NCBI GenBank assembly: GCA_964036045.1 | Contig: OZ038378.1 | Location: 105,152,001 to 105,216,000, forward strand | DNA: 64,000 nt | Direction: 5' to 3' | From: Eutreptiella sp. 'Long Island Sound 2002' | Lineage: Eukaryota > Protista > Euglenida | Part shown: positions 13,816 through 24,867 of the stretch, piece by piece | Numbering within the stretch: the stretch's first letter is position 1 | How the letters are laid out: each line of letters begins with the position of its first letter | Position numbers and translations under genes: made by a program | Notes under the pieces: generated by a model | The model's input: the letters and a program-made list of their open reading frames with translations, nothing else | Database searches by the model: none | What the model was told of the DNA's origin: nothing

Positions 13816-14422
13816 ATGAGCCTCTCCACACGCAACATGTCAAAATTGGAGCGCACTTGTCCACAAAGGGGATTAATGGAGGGGCACAGCAAAACTGTTG
13901 CCATATGTCGCAACGGCCCTAGAGGTATCATTGGGGGTGCTATCACGCCGATCTGCCGCTGTATGTAAACTCCTTGAAGTAGTGCAAATCCAGCGGACGT
14001 TGAGTAGGGCGTGCGGTACGTTTTACATCCGTCGCCAAGACCACGTACCCATCTCCAACATGCCATTTGCCACATGTAGCCGTCTCTGGCCGTTTCTCCA
14101 TAGCATGCTTCCCAGCACCATGGCAAAAATAAGCAAACAACGTGCATTGCGGACACCGGTGGTATTTATGTTTAAGGGCATAAAGGGCTGCGAGTACTCC
14201 CCGCTAAGCATCATGTCGTAGCGCCCCACTGCGGCCTTCTGTCCGCGATAAGAGAGCATGGGCCGAGGAGCCAAGTAAGCAACCGCTGGACCCCGGGTCC
14301 GTACAATCGCCCTTTGTGGCAGTTCAGTGGACGCGCCAAGTCTATTGTGAGCCCCAGGACGTCAATCTTACCACGTAGCTGTTTCGTTTCCTTGCCATGG
14401 GGGCAGCCAAGGAAGGATGGCC

Positions 14423-14725
14423 TAGGAACACCCCCTTCCTAGGGTTTTTCTACTCCTACACGTTACGACGGCACCCGAAGACTTTGAACACAAACACCGC
14501 ACCTGCAATGCGCCTACTTTGGGGGACGTTGGGTCCCGGGTTTGCGATGCCCACTTTTGTGGTGTTTGGAAACCCCCTTTTGAGCAAGAACCCCCCTAGG
14601 CACACCCCTTCCCGGCCAGGAAGGGGGGTTCCTACAGGGGGTCTTGTGCAGGAACCCCCCCCTTCCTAGACCCCTTCTTGCGCACGAACCCCCCTCCCTA
14701 GACCCTTCCAATGACCCTTCCTGTC
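14423..14725. repeat. AGGAA-C(n)/G(n)-TTCCT motif arrays in mixed orientation
   Basis: Units at 14423-14443 and 14585-14725. They are preceded by a 27-nt direct repeat (14403-14429) of 8736-8762. Confidence 0.7.
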
Positions 14726-14769
14726 CCCAGGCAATAGCACACAAATCCGTTCGCTGGGGCTTGAATCGC

Positions 14770-15600
14770 ATTCTGCCACCACATTGATGTCGTCACCGGT
14801 CCACATGTTGCTTGCGTCGATTCACTAGGCCGACCGCGGCCTTGTCGCGCCTCGTACTATTGCAACCCGACACTCTATGCGTCGGTGTGCACCACGTGCC
14901 TCATTCCGAGGCGTGTGATGCGGGGTCGCCGAAGGCACCAACCGCGCATCGCGTTTTCAGATGCCGCTTGAACGGATGGTTTCTGTATTCCGTCGGAATA
15001 CTGTGAAAAATGTACAAACTCCCAATGCGCAAACTATGCGCCGTGAACACATGCCCAATGTAATCAAATCTTTCAATGTTTCATTGACTCGCTTCACAAT
15101 TGCGTTCGCAATACGACACGAGCCATGCTTCACGTCAAGAACGCGGTTGCATGGTCCAATTGCCCTCAAAAATGAGCCCCACCTGCATTGCGCCCGTACA
15201 AAATTGGCACGTGCCAAGGAATAAATGCACTGGTAGCCCAACCACCATTTCCCCTTGTGATAATTGGCCGAAAGCATGGCTTTACCATCACCTGTCAAGG
15301 CACATACACTGGGGATGTGATTCCCCAAGTGCCAAACATCCATAGTGCTCAGAACATCCAAAACATCCTCATTCAGGTTTGCCTTAGTGTCAACGGCCCG
15401 GAGACAGTGCGTGTCATCCGGACCATCAAGCGCCCACCACGTCGCCCAGCGTCGCACGTCGCCTGCAGCTGCTACACCCTCTAACCAAACGGTCACGTGG
15501 ATGTCGCATTTGGTGGCCGAGGTCTGCCACAGTGGTGTGGCATGTGCGCAAATGATAATCAAGAGCCGGTATGAGGAGCCACATAGAGAAACTGCAACGA
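14770..15600 (-). pseudogene. RAG1/Transib-like DDE transposase remnant
   Basis: ORF 14957-15658 has ICAHATPLW (eroded D1), ALTGDGKAML (Transib-type DGK), YQCIYS (eroded CxxC) and VLDVKHGSCRI (DxLH-like). A downstream frame gives NMWTGDDINVV near 14790. Confidence 0.5.
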
Positions 15601-16151
15601 TTGCCAAAGGCATGTTATGCATTGGAAACATCCTTATTGTGTGTGGTATGTGCAACATGAGAAGAAAAAGTTTTTCTTGTAGGACCCACTCTTTTCGTAC
15701 CCCCCCCCCCCTAGGGGAGGGTCACCATTGGAAAAAAAATATCTCCCGGTGTGAAAAAAATTACTCCTCCAAGATGGCATACAAATTGACACGATGCAGG
15801 TGCTTATCGAAACCACCGAAGAAGAAGGCAACGAAGGGATTCTAGCGTGGAAGGTGTAGTACACCATCTTGCATGGCACCATGCATTGCATCAATGGCCT
15901 TCTCCACTATCAAGTGGCGCGAGGCATTGTGCCCGTTCATTGAAGTCAAGGAGAAATGTAGAACAATGCGCTCCCTCATGGCACGCATGCACGTGCATGT
16001 GTGTGACCCCATGTAACCTTCAACCAAACAAGCAAAATGGCTGCCTGGGCATCAATCATCATTGCTACGTTGACCATGGCCCCCCCATTAATTAATTGTA
16101 CATGAATGTCTCATGTGTGGATCTGAATGGAAAGGCGAGGGAAGTTGTGCT

Positions 16152-16320
16152 GGAAACCGCCCTAGAAGGCGGTTCCAACGGTAGAAGGGTGGCCAGAAAG
16201 GGTTTCGAGCGATGGAAGGGGGGGGATTACCAGTGCTTGAAGGGGGTTCCTATAAGGGTTGGCGCACGACAAGGGGGTTCGAGCGGGCGTTTCACAGGGG
16301 GTTCGAGAACCGAAAGGGGG
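16152..16320 (+). repeat. AGAAGGGGGTTC motif array
   Basis: Degenerate agaagggggttc/aagggggttcc units; same family and orientation as 23638-23752. Confidence 0.65.
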
Positions 16321-16887
16321 CTGTAGCAAGCAGAGAATGGGGTTGCAACATCACCGAAGGTCCTCTCCATCCGGTCATCTTCGCCTTTTTGTGCCACAGC
16401 CCTCGCTAGACATCTTGCCGTCGTTTCTTTGTTCCAAGGGGACTGTCATCAAAGAAGCGGAGGAGAGAGTCTTTGTTGCAGTTCTAGCAAGGGTTATGGT
16501 TACAAAGGCCAAGCAACAGAGATTGTTGGGCAACGAGATTCTCCACCCATTACATGGCCGCCAATAGCGACTTTGAGCACAAAGGACTGTCCCGAATTTT
16601 TTTTTGCTGCAGGGGAAGAATGATTGATGGCGGTGCCCAAGTTTGTGTATTAAAACACAGCCGTAAGAGTTGCTGGTTATCCATTTGCACGTTCGCATAT
16701 CAAAATGGACCTTCAGAATCCATCATATCCCCGGGTTGTTTTTATGTGGCTGCTGCCACGGCACATGCGCAGAGATCAAACATGTATGATTTGTGGGCTG
16801 TTGAGGCCAATGGGTGTTGGACCACACATTTTTTCGGATTTTGAGGCTCATTTCGAGAATTTTGCGCCTCCCTGGGTGGAGTAACCG

Positions 16888-17434
16888 TTGACGGTGCACG
16901 GGTACAAGGTTGACCACATGGTTGTGCAGGATGATGCTGAAGGGACCGAGATTGTCAAGTACGAGGGTGCTCCCAAGGGAAATACCCCCGTGCAAAAAGA
17001 GGGCAAGCCCGCAAGGACCAAACGCAAGCCCACACCGAAGGAAAAGCCAGAAAAACCTCACACCGTGAGCTGCAGCCCGCCCCGTAAACCCGGCTGCAAT
17101 TCCGTGCCTCGTGGATGAGACCGTGCGGGGCACTTTGCATGGCGTGGTGCACACATTGGAGAGAAATGTGCAAAGCCCATTGCGAGATATTCCCCTCGCT
17201 GCAATGCATGAGGCCTTGAAGGTCGAAGCCACGACCCATTTGTCCTGTGAGGTGCAGAAGCTTTCGGGGGCCCTCGTTGTCGCCAATGGTAAGGTAAAGG
17301 CCGCACACACTAGGGCACAAGAGTTCCATGACACACTAGATGTAGACGGGGAATTGAAGGTCATGCACGAGAAGTGGCAAGAGGAAAAGAAATGGTCCCA
17401 CAACTACCTCTCCATTTTGGGGAATCACAAGTGA
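16888..17434 (+). pseudogene. Frameshifted orphan gene (Lys/Pro-rich then helical part) immediately upstream of the element A insertion
   Basis: Overlapping ORFs 16888-17118 and 17111-17434 with coding-like composition. Confidence 0.3.
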
Positions 17435-18070
17435 GCTATGTCACAGTGCGTCTAGCTCTTTTCGGTGAGTTGGCGGATATATTCCTTTGGCTACCACGCG
17501 TAGAACGCATAGCACGAAATTTTGTCGTGTTTTTGCTTTTATGATTGTTTTGTGCTTTCGGGGGGTTTTCGAGGGTGCCCGACGCAATGGAACTATCTGT
17601 TTAGCTCAATTCAACCTTCGAGGAGAGAAGCACAATTGCCTCCTGCCTCTGCCTCTGTCTTGGTGCTACGCGTGCTGTGTGTGTTGCGCGTCCTGCGTGT
17701 TTCGGTCCGGTGCCTCTGAGTCTGCCTCTGGAAGTCTTCCTACGCGTTCTACGCGTTTTGCAGGGGCTAAGCGCTTCACACCCATCATACCACCCCCGAT
17801 TTTTTTTTTTGCCATGCTTTCACCCGTGTACTCTGCCACACACCTGCACTGGTTCCCAATGGAACTGAAACCTGCGTATTCCAACGACAATTGCCTTCTG
17901 CCTATGTGTTTGCCTTGGTGCTACATTGCCCACGTGTGTTGGGTGTTTTGTGTGTTGTCGTTTTTCGCTTCTGACGTTGCCTCCGGAGCCGTTCTACGCG
18001 TGCTACGTGCTCTGCAGCATGTTTTTGTCCCAACATTCATAGGCCGCTTTGCTTTTATGGTGCAACAGCC

Positions 18071-20881
18071 ATGCCTGCACCCCTGTACCCCGCCACACAT
18101 TCTCAATGGTTGCATAAGGGTGGGAAGCTGGGAGACTGGGAGCATCCGGAGAAACTGAAGCACGACGCCTTCGTTGTCTTTCAAATTAGACAAGCCACGA
18201 GTATGTGTGTGTGTGTCTTTGTTTTCATCTCGCTTCTCGCCTTGCACCGTTGTCCTCCTCACCCCCTTGTGTCGCAGCGGGGTGGCATGCCGGATGGGTC
18301 AATCGGAAGAAGAAAGGGGCCAAGGACAAGCAGGAGAAAGAATTTTGGTTGACGAACCTCACAACGTATCAGGTGTACCACGTTCACGGGTTTGCGGTTC
18401 ATGTGACCACTATTTTGCGCTGCCTGTTGTCCCCTACCGCCTCTTGCACCCTTTCACAGGTCAAGGCCCCGAAGGGCAAGCCACATGCGCCGCATGTGGT
18501 GCAGGACGTTCGCAACAAGAAGGATGGCTACTTGAAATACAAAAAGGTGTTTTATGTGTTCTGCGCGTTTTATCCGTTCCCTTTTCCGTTGCCTCTGGAT
18601 CTGCCTCTGGTTGTGTGTTATGCCTTTTGCGCGTTCTTGGCGCTCTGCGTGCTTCCTCTGGTATTGCCTCTGGGGTTGCCTCCATGTGTCTTGCATGTTC
18701 TGTATGTTCTACAGATTCCGCGCGACCGGCTGTGGACGTGGATCCAAGATGAGGGAACCACGGAGAGTTCGGATGAGGACGAGTGGAAGAGGATTCGGAA
18801 GAGGAGCCGGAGGAGGCAAAGCAGGCGGAGGAGGAGGAGGAGGAGGAGGAGGAGGGCAGTGATGCTGCCAGTGTGAAGTACGAGGACGAGCCCTCCCTCG
18901 CCCAACGCGCACCCCGAAGCACCCACCTCACGGTGGTTGCCCGCATGGCCGCAAAGGGGACCCCTATGAAGGCGAAGCCAGAGGCAAAGCCAGAGGCAAG
19001 GCCAGAGCCGGAGGAGCTGTCCAAGAAGAAGAACGAAAAGACCAAGAGTCCACCCAAGAAGAAGAGCAGCAAGGGCAAGAAGGTGGAGGAGAGGCCCAAG
19101 CATGTGCGTTACGCAGTGGAAGGCGAACCGCACAGGACGATGCCCACAGGTGCAACCCGAGGGGAGAAGTACCAAGCCGGGGCTACCTACGACAACGATG
19201 TGCAGGTCATGCAGTGCACCCTGGAGTCGGAATACGAAGTGTCACTCGGACGAGTATGCCAACACTATAAAGTGTGTTTGGCCGAGGAAACACAAGCGCG
19301 CCGCGAATTGGGCCTGGCACTGCTTCTGGTGACGGACGTGCGGGCGTACAGTGTGCAGATGGTCCTCCGCTGTGGCACGAAGAATGCACAAAGCACAGCC
19401 GCTGCCAGAGAACTGTTTGAGGAGCGATACCCCAGCAGCTCACCCCGCCAAGTCGCCACCGGGTTGATCAAGGGGGTGTCGGTGTGCACGAACTGTGTCG
19501 AAGCCCCGGACAGGCCTACGGAATTTGGTGACCCCGCAGCTGCAGGCCTGCCGTTGGCGAAATTGAAGGGGGAGCCCCTGTCGTCTGGATACCGACCACG
19601 GCGCAGCATGGACCAGCTGACTGCGTTTGGTGCGGAGGGAATTGTCGACATGCCCACTAACACTTTGCAGGTGTACTGCATGTGTTGCGTGTTCCCTCTG
19701 TAACGCCTCCAGTGCAGCGTGTAGCGCGTCTTCGGCGTTCTGCACGTGCTACGTGTTCCCGACATTGCGCCTCTTCGTTGCCCCTAGGGGTGCCTTCCGG
19801 TGTTGCACGCGCTTTGCGTGGTCTGTACAAGAGAAGCTGTCGCGCATGGTCCGCATGGCTGGCCTCATGGCGTACACCTTAACGGAGGACAGAGGTGTCG
19901 ACCTCCCCGACACAGGGGCATGGACACTCGTGAGAAAACAAAGGATGCAAAGAGGCAGCGGGTGTGCATTCCTGTGCTGGGCGTCGTGGCTCGGGTCTTT
20001 TCACTTGCCTCTGGAGTTGCCTCCTGTCTGCTTTGGGCGTCCTACGCATTCTACGCGGTCTGCCCGTTCGATTCTGTGACTGCCTCTGGATTTGCCTTCC
20101 CATGTCTTACCTGTTTTGCGCGCTCTGCATGTTCTGCAGACAACCTGGGAGGAGTATGGGTATCCGCAGCAGCATGGGTATCCGTATGAGCCGCGATACG
20201 AGTATGAGCCGCTGTACGAGTACCAGCCGATGAAGACGGATCCGGAAATGCCTTCGAGCTCCGGGAGCCTCCCATATGGGTCCGACCCGTACAGGTACCG
20301 GCCCCAGGATTTTACGCCGCCACCCACGTATCCTCCACCGCAAGGAATGTTGCAACCACCGCCAACGCCGGGGATCCCACCAGCGCCAATACTCCCACCA
20401 CCCCAGCCACTGCCGCAAGGACCTCCGCCACCACCGCCACCGTCCGGGGAGCAGCAAGGCAGGCCGGAGATGGGGCCGGAGACGGGACCCCCGCACACGG
20501 AAGGTGCACAGGTGCGCGTTGCACATTAGTACTATGCGTTCTAGGGGATTGGCGTGTAGCCTCCGGGTGTGCCTCTGGATGCGAGCCCCGTGTTCTCCGC
20601 GTTCTGCGCCTTCCACACGTTTTCGTTTTGGTGCCTCTCGGATTGCCTCTGGAGGTGGGTTGCATGTTTCACGCGTGTTCCGTGTTCTGCAGCACCCAAT
20701 CAAAACGGAGCCGGAGGACGAGTCGACCGCGCCAATGGATCCACCGCAGGAGCCGGAGGCAGCCAAGGAAGAGAGCGCTGGGGCGCCGAAGAGCGATGCG
20801 GAAATGGGAGAGGAACCCCCGGAGGAAGCCGCAGTGGCGGGAGAGGAGATGGAGGAGAAGGACGAGATAGTGCAGATTTAG
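18071..20881 (+). CDS. Multi-exon accessory (cargo) gene of element A, unknown family; at least one frameshift
   Basis: GT-AG exons at approximately ..18200, 18278-18372, 18461-18546, 18715-19670, ~19790-19957, 20140-20511 and 20693-20881. The peptides align with element B (e.g. WHAGWVNRKK/WHAAWVNRKK; VLRCGTKNAQSTAAARELFEERYPSSS/VLRCRTKNAQSAAAAREYFEKRYPSSS). There is a frameshift near 18783, and the true start is uncertain. Confidence 0.75.
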
Positions 20882-21448
20882 TAAATCGGGCCGGCCTAAG
20901 TTGGAGCAGCCCAGGCAGCATTTTTTCAAACACACATGAGGGGGATGAGTGGCCCGACCCTGATGAGGTCCGCGGCAGACAAACCTCACAACCCCTCTTC
21001 TTTTCCAGGCCAGTGCCGTTGGCCCAGCAAGCACATTCACAGCCAACCCCTCAGTGGTGGCATCCGTAGGCGGCGCTTCCATTGGGGCACCGACGCCGGT
21101 ATTTATTGCGTTGTGAATACTTTTTCGACGTTCGGATGAATGGTGGCGGCTGCGGCCGCTGCTCTGCGTGGACCATGTAGGGTGCATGGGCACCGTTTCA
21201 AGAAAGCAACAATTGACTTGTTCGTGTTGCCGCCCCCATTGCCCCATCCCCTGTCCTTCGTGTGTTTCGTGTAATACGCGCTCTACGTGTCTGCTTCTGT
21301 GTCTGCCTCTGGAGGTCTTGTTACGCGTTCTGCGTGTGCTGCGCGTTCTGCACGTTCCGCTTTTGCTGCCTCTGCTGTTGCCTCTGGAACTGCCACTGGT
21401 GTGTTGCGTGTTCTACAGAGTCTCATTTCTCAACAATCTTTGTTTGTG

Positions 21449-23052
21449 ATGCCACCAAAATTTCAACCACCGCTGTACGACCATAGGCTCCCACGGGAGG
21501 ACTGTGCGGCCGATATCCAGTACGGTATCCGGCCCGGGGAATCCTGGCTCATCGGCTATACTGAGGACGAGGTTTGGGACCATATCATGGCCCCCATAGA
21601 GAATCTACAATGCCAAGCCCTACGGGACCACGGAAGGCCAGACCTGCTACCTCTAGTACCTAGGTACAATGCATTCTAATTCTATTGGGGATGGTGCGAC
21701 CAATGCAGGTGGACGGGTTTTGGGACCGCAAGGGCCTATTATACAATCCCTATATGGCAAACATGCTGACGCGTCGCCAATACTACTTGCTGCAACGGTT
21801 GCTACGTACCGATGTCGTCTCGCTACTGGAAGACTGCAATGGCCAATGGGCGGGAGCGTGGTGCATGGGGGGTGGGGCCTGCGGCGATGAGTCCGTGGTG
21901 CCCCACAAGGGGATGCTAGCGGGCCCCTTGAAAATGTTCATAGCCCGGAAACCGCACCCAACCGGGATAAAGTTGTATTGCCTGGCCGATGCAACATGGG
22001 GGTACGTGGTGGACCTGTATTTGTACACCGGTGTACGTGGCCGGCTACGCCGCTACGGCACTGCGGCGGGGAACTTTGATGCCAAAAACATCATGAAGTT
22101 ATGGGCATCATTGCTGCCCGAGGGGACGGTGCTATGTGCCGACTCCTTTTTCGGGTCCCACGGCCTTGCAAAGGAATTGGCCGCCAACAAGCGGGCATTC
22201 CTCATGATGACGAAGAGGTCCACGTACGGCGAGACATGGGCCGGGGAGCAGGTGCAGGAGGGGCAGACGGCGGTGTGCACTGTTGCGGATTTCAAGTACA
22301 GTCTGTGCACGTACAAGAATCCGAAGGTCGGGCACAAACCCCCCCGCGTTGTGCCGATGTTGACGAATGTGTGGTTTGCCCGAAAGGGACCACCTCACCG
22401 GCGAAGCGGGCGGGAAGTGCACCCTGTGGTGGCGGCGTACCGCACAGTGTCGCGCGGTGTCGATGGTGTGAACGAGATGGCCCTGCAGATGAGGCAGGTT
22501 GGCCGCCAGATGACATGGGCCCACGCGGTGCGTGCGTTCGTGCTCCGGTACGCGGTTGCGAATGTGTTCGCAACTTGCCGGCAATTGGGACTTTGCAAGG
22601 AGACCACTAGTATGTGGGAATGGCAATGGCAAGTGTTGCGGCGGCGGTACTTTGCCCACCCCCTACGACAAGAGGTACACGTGTCGGTGGCGACACAACG
22701 GCGGCGTGTGTGCCACTTTTGCAAGAGGGGAAGAACCGGCTATGAATGTACCGGTTGTGGAAAGGCATTCCACGTGTTGTGCTTTGCACCGGGACATGGC
22801 TATGGAGGTGTGCAAGGCGCACGGGACATGGAGGTAGACGAGGAGGACGAGGAGGTGTGGGAGGAGGACCATGAGGAGGACGAAGAGGACGGGGAGGATG
22901 AGGAGGACGAGGAGGACGAGGAGGACGAGGAGGACGAGGAGGACGAGGAAGGCGAGGAGGACGAGGAAGGCGAGGAGGACGAGGAAGGCGAGGAATACGA
23001 TGAGGATGAGGAGGACGAGGAGGATGAGGAGGACGGGGAGGATGAGGAGTAG
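21449..23052 (+). CDS. piggyBac-family (DDE_Tnp_1_7-like) transposase with Cys-rich finger and acidic tail; one 1-nt frameshift at ~21676
   Basis: Catalytic-type motifs GDESVVP, CADSFF and SRGVDGVN; KPHPTGIKLYCLAD; C-terminal CHFC..CTGC..FHVLC finger. The N-terminal 76 aa (ATG 21449) are in another frame, and one missing base relative to element B restores FIILLGM. Confidence 0.9.
22828..23049 (+). repeat. GAGGAC/GAGGAGGAC coding microsatellite (poly-Asp/Glu tail of transposase A)
   Basis: 9-bp and 18-bp periodic units read directly. Confidence 0.9.
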
Positions 23053-23095
23053 TGTGGTGGAATGGGGGGCTTGAACGAGACGATCATGGAGGCCG

Positions 23096-23177
23096 AGCCT
23101 CTGCTATCCCTACCCATGGGACCAGTGCGAACCCTGGGGGACAACCGCGTAGGCTGGATACCCAACTGTGAGGACGC
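23096..23177 (+). other. Conserved 82-nt non-coding 3' element of element A
   Basis: Differs from the reverse complement of 28642-28724 by 4 transitions and 1 indel. The changes are not codon-biased and one creates a stop. Confidence 0.75.
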
Positions 23178-23637
23178 GGCCCCTCCTCGATGTGCGCCCG
23201 TGTGCTAAGCGGCGTGCTGCGCATTCTGCGCGTTCTGCGCGGGCCGGTATTCCAATTCTGCACGTGCCTCTAGAGGCACGTGTTCGGCGTGCTACGCGTT
23301 CTGTGCGTGTTACTTGGTCTGTACGTGTTGTACGCGTTGTGCGCGCTCTACGCGTTTTCAAAACTTTACGTGCAACACCGTGGGCCACAGAAGCGCGCCT
23401 CTGGCCAGAAACTTACAGATGGTAGCCAAAGGAATATAGGGAAGGTACTGGACATTGCCCTTTCAAGTGCAAAAACTGTTGCGTTCTAAATGATGTCGAA
23501 AAGGAAACCCCGGTAATTTCTTCGTGCAAAGCGTGCAAGTGGAGAGGGACAATGGCAACGGTTTGCAATGGATGCTGGGGCGGGAGGGGGGGAGGGTTAG
23601 TTGGTTTGGTAGTCACCATTTTTGCCGGAAAGGTCGC

Positions 23638-23752
23638 TGAAAGGGGGTTGCAACGTTGGAGTGGGACGGTCTTCCGCACAGAAAGGGGGACGCAGTCTAG
23701 CGGTAGAAGGGGGGGTTCTAGCATTAGAAGGGGGTTCCAGTTGGGGTTCCAG
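23638..23752 (+). repeat. AGAAGGGGGTTC motif array
   Basis: agaaggggggttctag/agaagggggttccag units. Confidence 0.65.
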
Positions 23753-24750
23753 TGCCTATTCCAAGTCTCCAAGTGTTTTACATGGACAAGGCTGTGGTAG
23801 CCTTCGTGCAAGCACTCCCACCCTTAAGGGCCTATTCGCAATTGAAGGACCATGCCCAATGTCATGTTACCATGTACCCTCCTTTGCTGTTCAAGGAGAA
23901 ACTGCGTGCACCAGTCTTTGGCACACCTTGGAAGGTAAACCCGCTGTCCTATGGTTGGGTAATTTTCATAGGCGTAACTTCCGGCCTGTGCCTGGTAATG
24001 AGAACCGGTCCCTCAATTGTACAGCCGGTGCTATCATACTCTTGAAACGACCTGCTGACGTTATGCCGCCTTGTCTCTCGGTTTTGCGGCAGAGGATTGG
24101 GTACACTGCAGATTTCTTGGTGCAGAGCCATAAAAACTTCATTGATGGCTTGCAAGGGTTGATGGACGACCCCATCCGCCTTCAACATGTTCGTTGTCCC
24201 TTGGACATACGACGGGCTAATGTTACCAGCCCAGCTTGGACCCCCTTTTTTTCTAACAGACCTAACTGTGTCCGCCACCCCTGACCTTGTCTCTATTATT
24301 CACGGTCTCCAGGAGGTGCAGCAGCACACACAACACCGTCTTCCACTGTTGGTTGACGAAAACATACACTAACGAGTTCTTTGAACAGCTAGCGGCGTAT
24401 GTGCAGGAGATGGACTATGTCTACTTGGTTAACTGGGACGCTTGGATGCCAAGGATTAGGGTTTGTATGCCAGTTTTGGTGCAGAGGCCGGGGGACGGGG
24501 AGGATGAGGAAGGGGGGGACGATGTGGAGGAAGAGGAGGAGGAGGAGATCGTGCTGGTCGGAGGTAGTGACAGCAAGAAGAGGAGCACGCCCAGCAAGAA
24601 GAAGCCGTGCTCCGAGGACAGTGGGGATGAGGATGATGGCCCCCCCAAAAAGCCAGCCAAAAAGGCCAAGGACAGTACCCCCCTCAGTACGTTCCACGCC
24701 AATGTGGGACAAGGGCAAGAAGGCTCCCCCGAAGAAGAAGTAGACTGCGT
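23752..24750 (+). pseudogene. Degraded orphan gene with acidic and Lys-rich C-terminus
   Basis: Overlapping ORFs 23752-24045, 23622-24284 and 24287-24868 (..GEDEEGGDDVEEEEEEE..KKRSTPSKKK..PPKKPAKKAK). Confidence 0.3.
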
Positions 24751-24867
24751 TGCGCGCTCATCACTGCCTGTGTCTTTGTCGGTATTTGTTTTCGACTCGA
24801 TTTGCCAACTGTTGCGCATCGTGTTCTACACAGGTGTGAGACTGGTGCCCTTTTTCATGTTTTGGTA

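Larger units (their letters stand above)
17482..23434 (+). mobile_element. piggyBac-like DNA transposon, element A (5953 bp), with cargo gene
   Basis: Perfect 15-bp TIR TTCCTTTGGCTACCA (17482-17496) / TGGTAGCCAAAGGAA (23420-23434), flanked by TATA on both sides (17478-17481, 23435-23438). It contains a piggyBac-type transposase, and both ends are homologous to element B. Confidence 0.92.

Noticed and set aside
22800-23165. Poly-Ser ORF (and similar ORFs at 24421-24819, 28800-29039, 32142-32417)
   Set aside because: These are antisense or alternative frames of acidic GAG/GAC repeats.
23096-23177. Hammerhead or HDV-like ribozyme, or a short peptide (LSLPMGPVRTLGDNRVG)
   Set aside because: No CUGANGA/GAAA core or convincing HDV fold. 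The substitutions are not synonymous-biased, and B has a stop and an indel.
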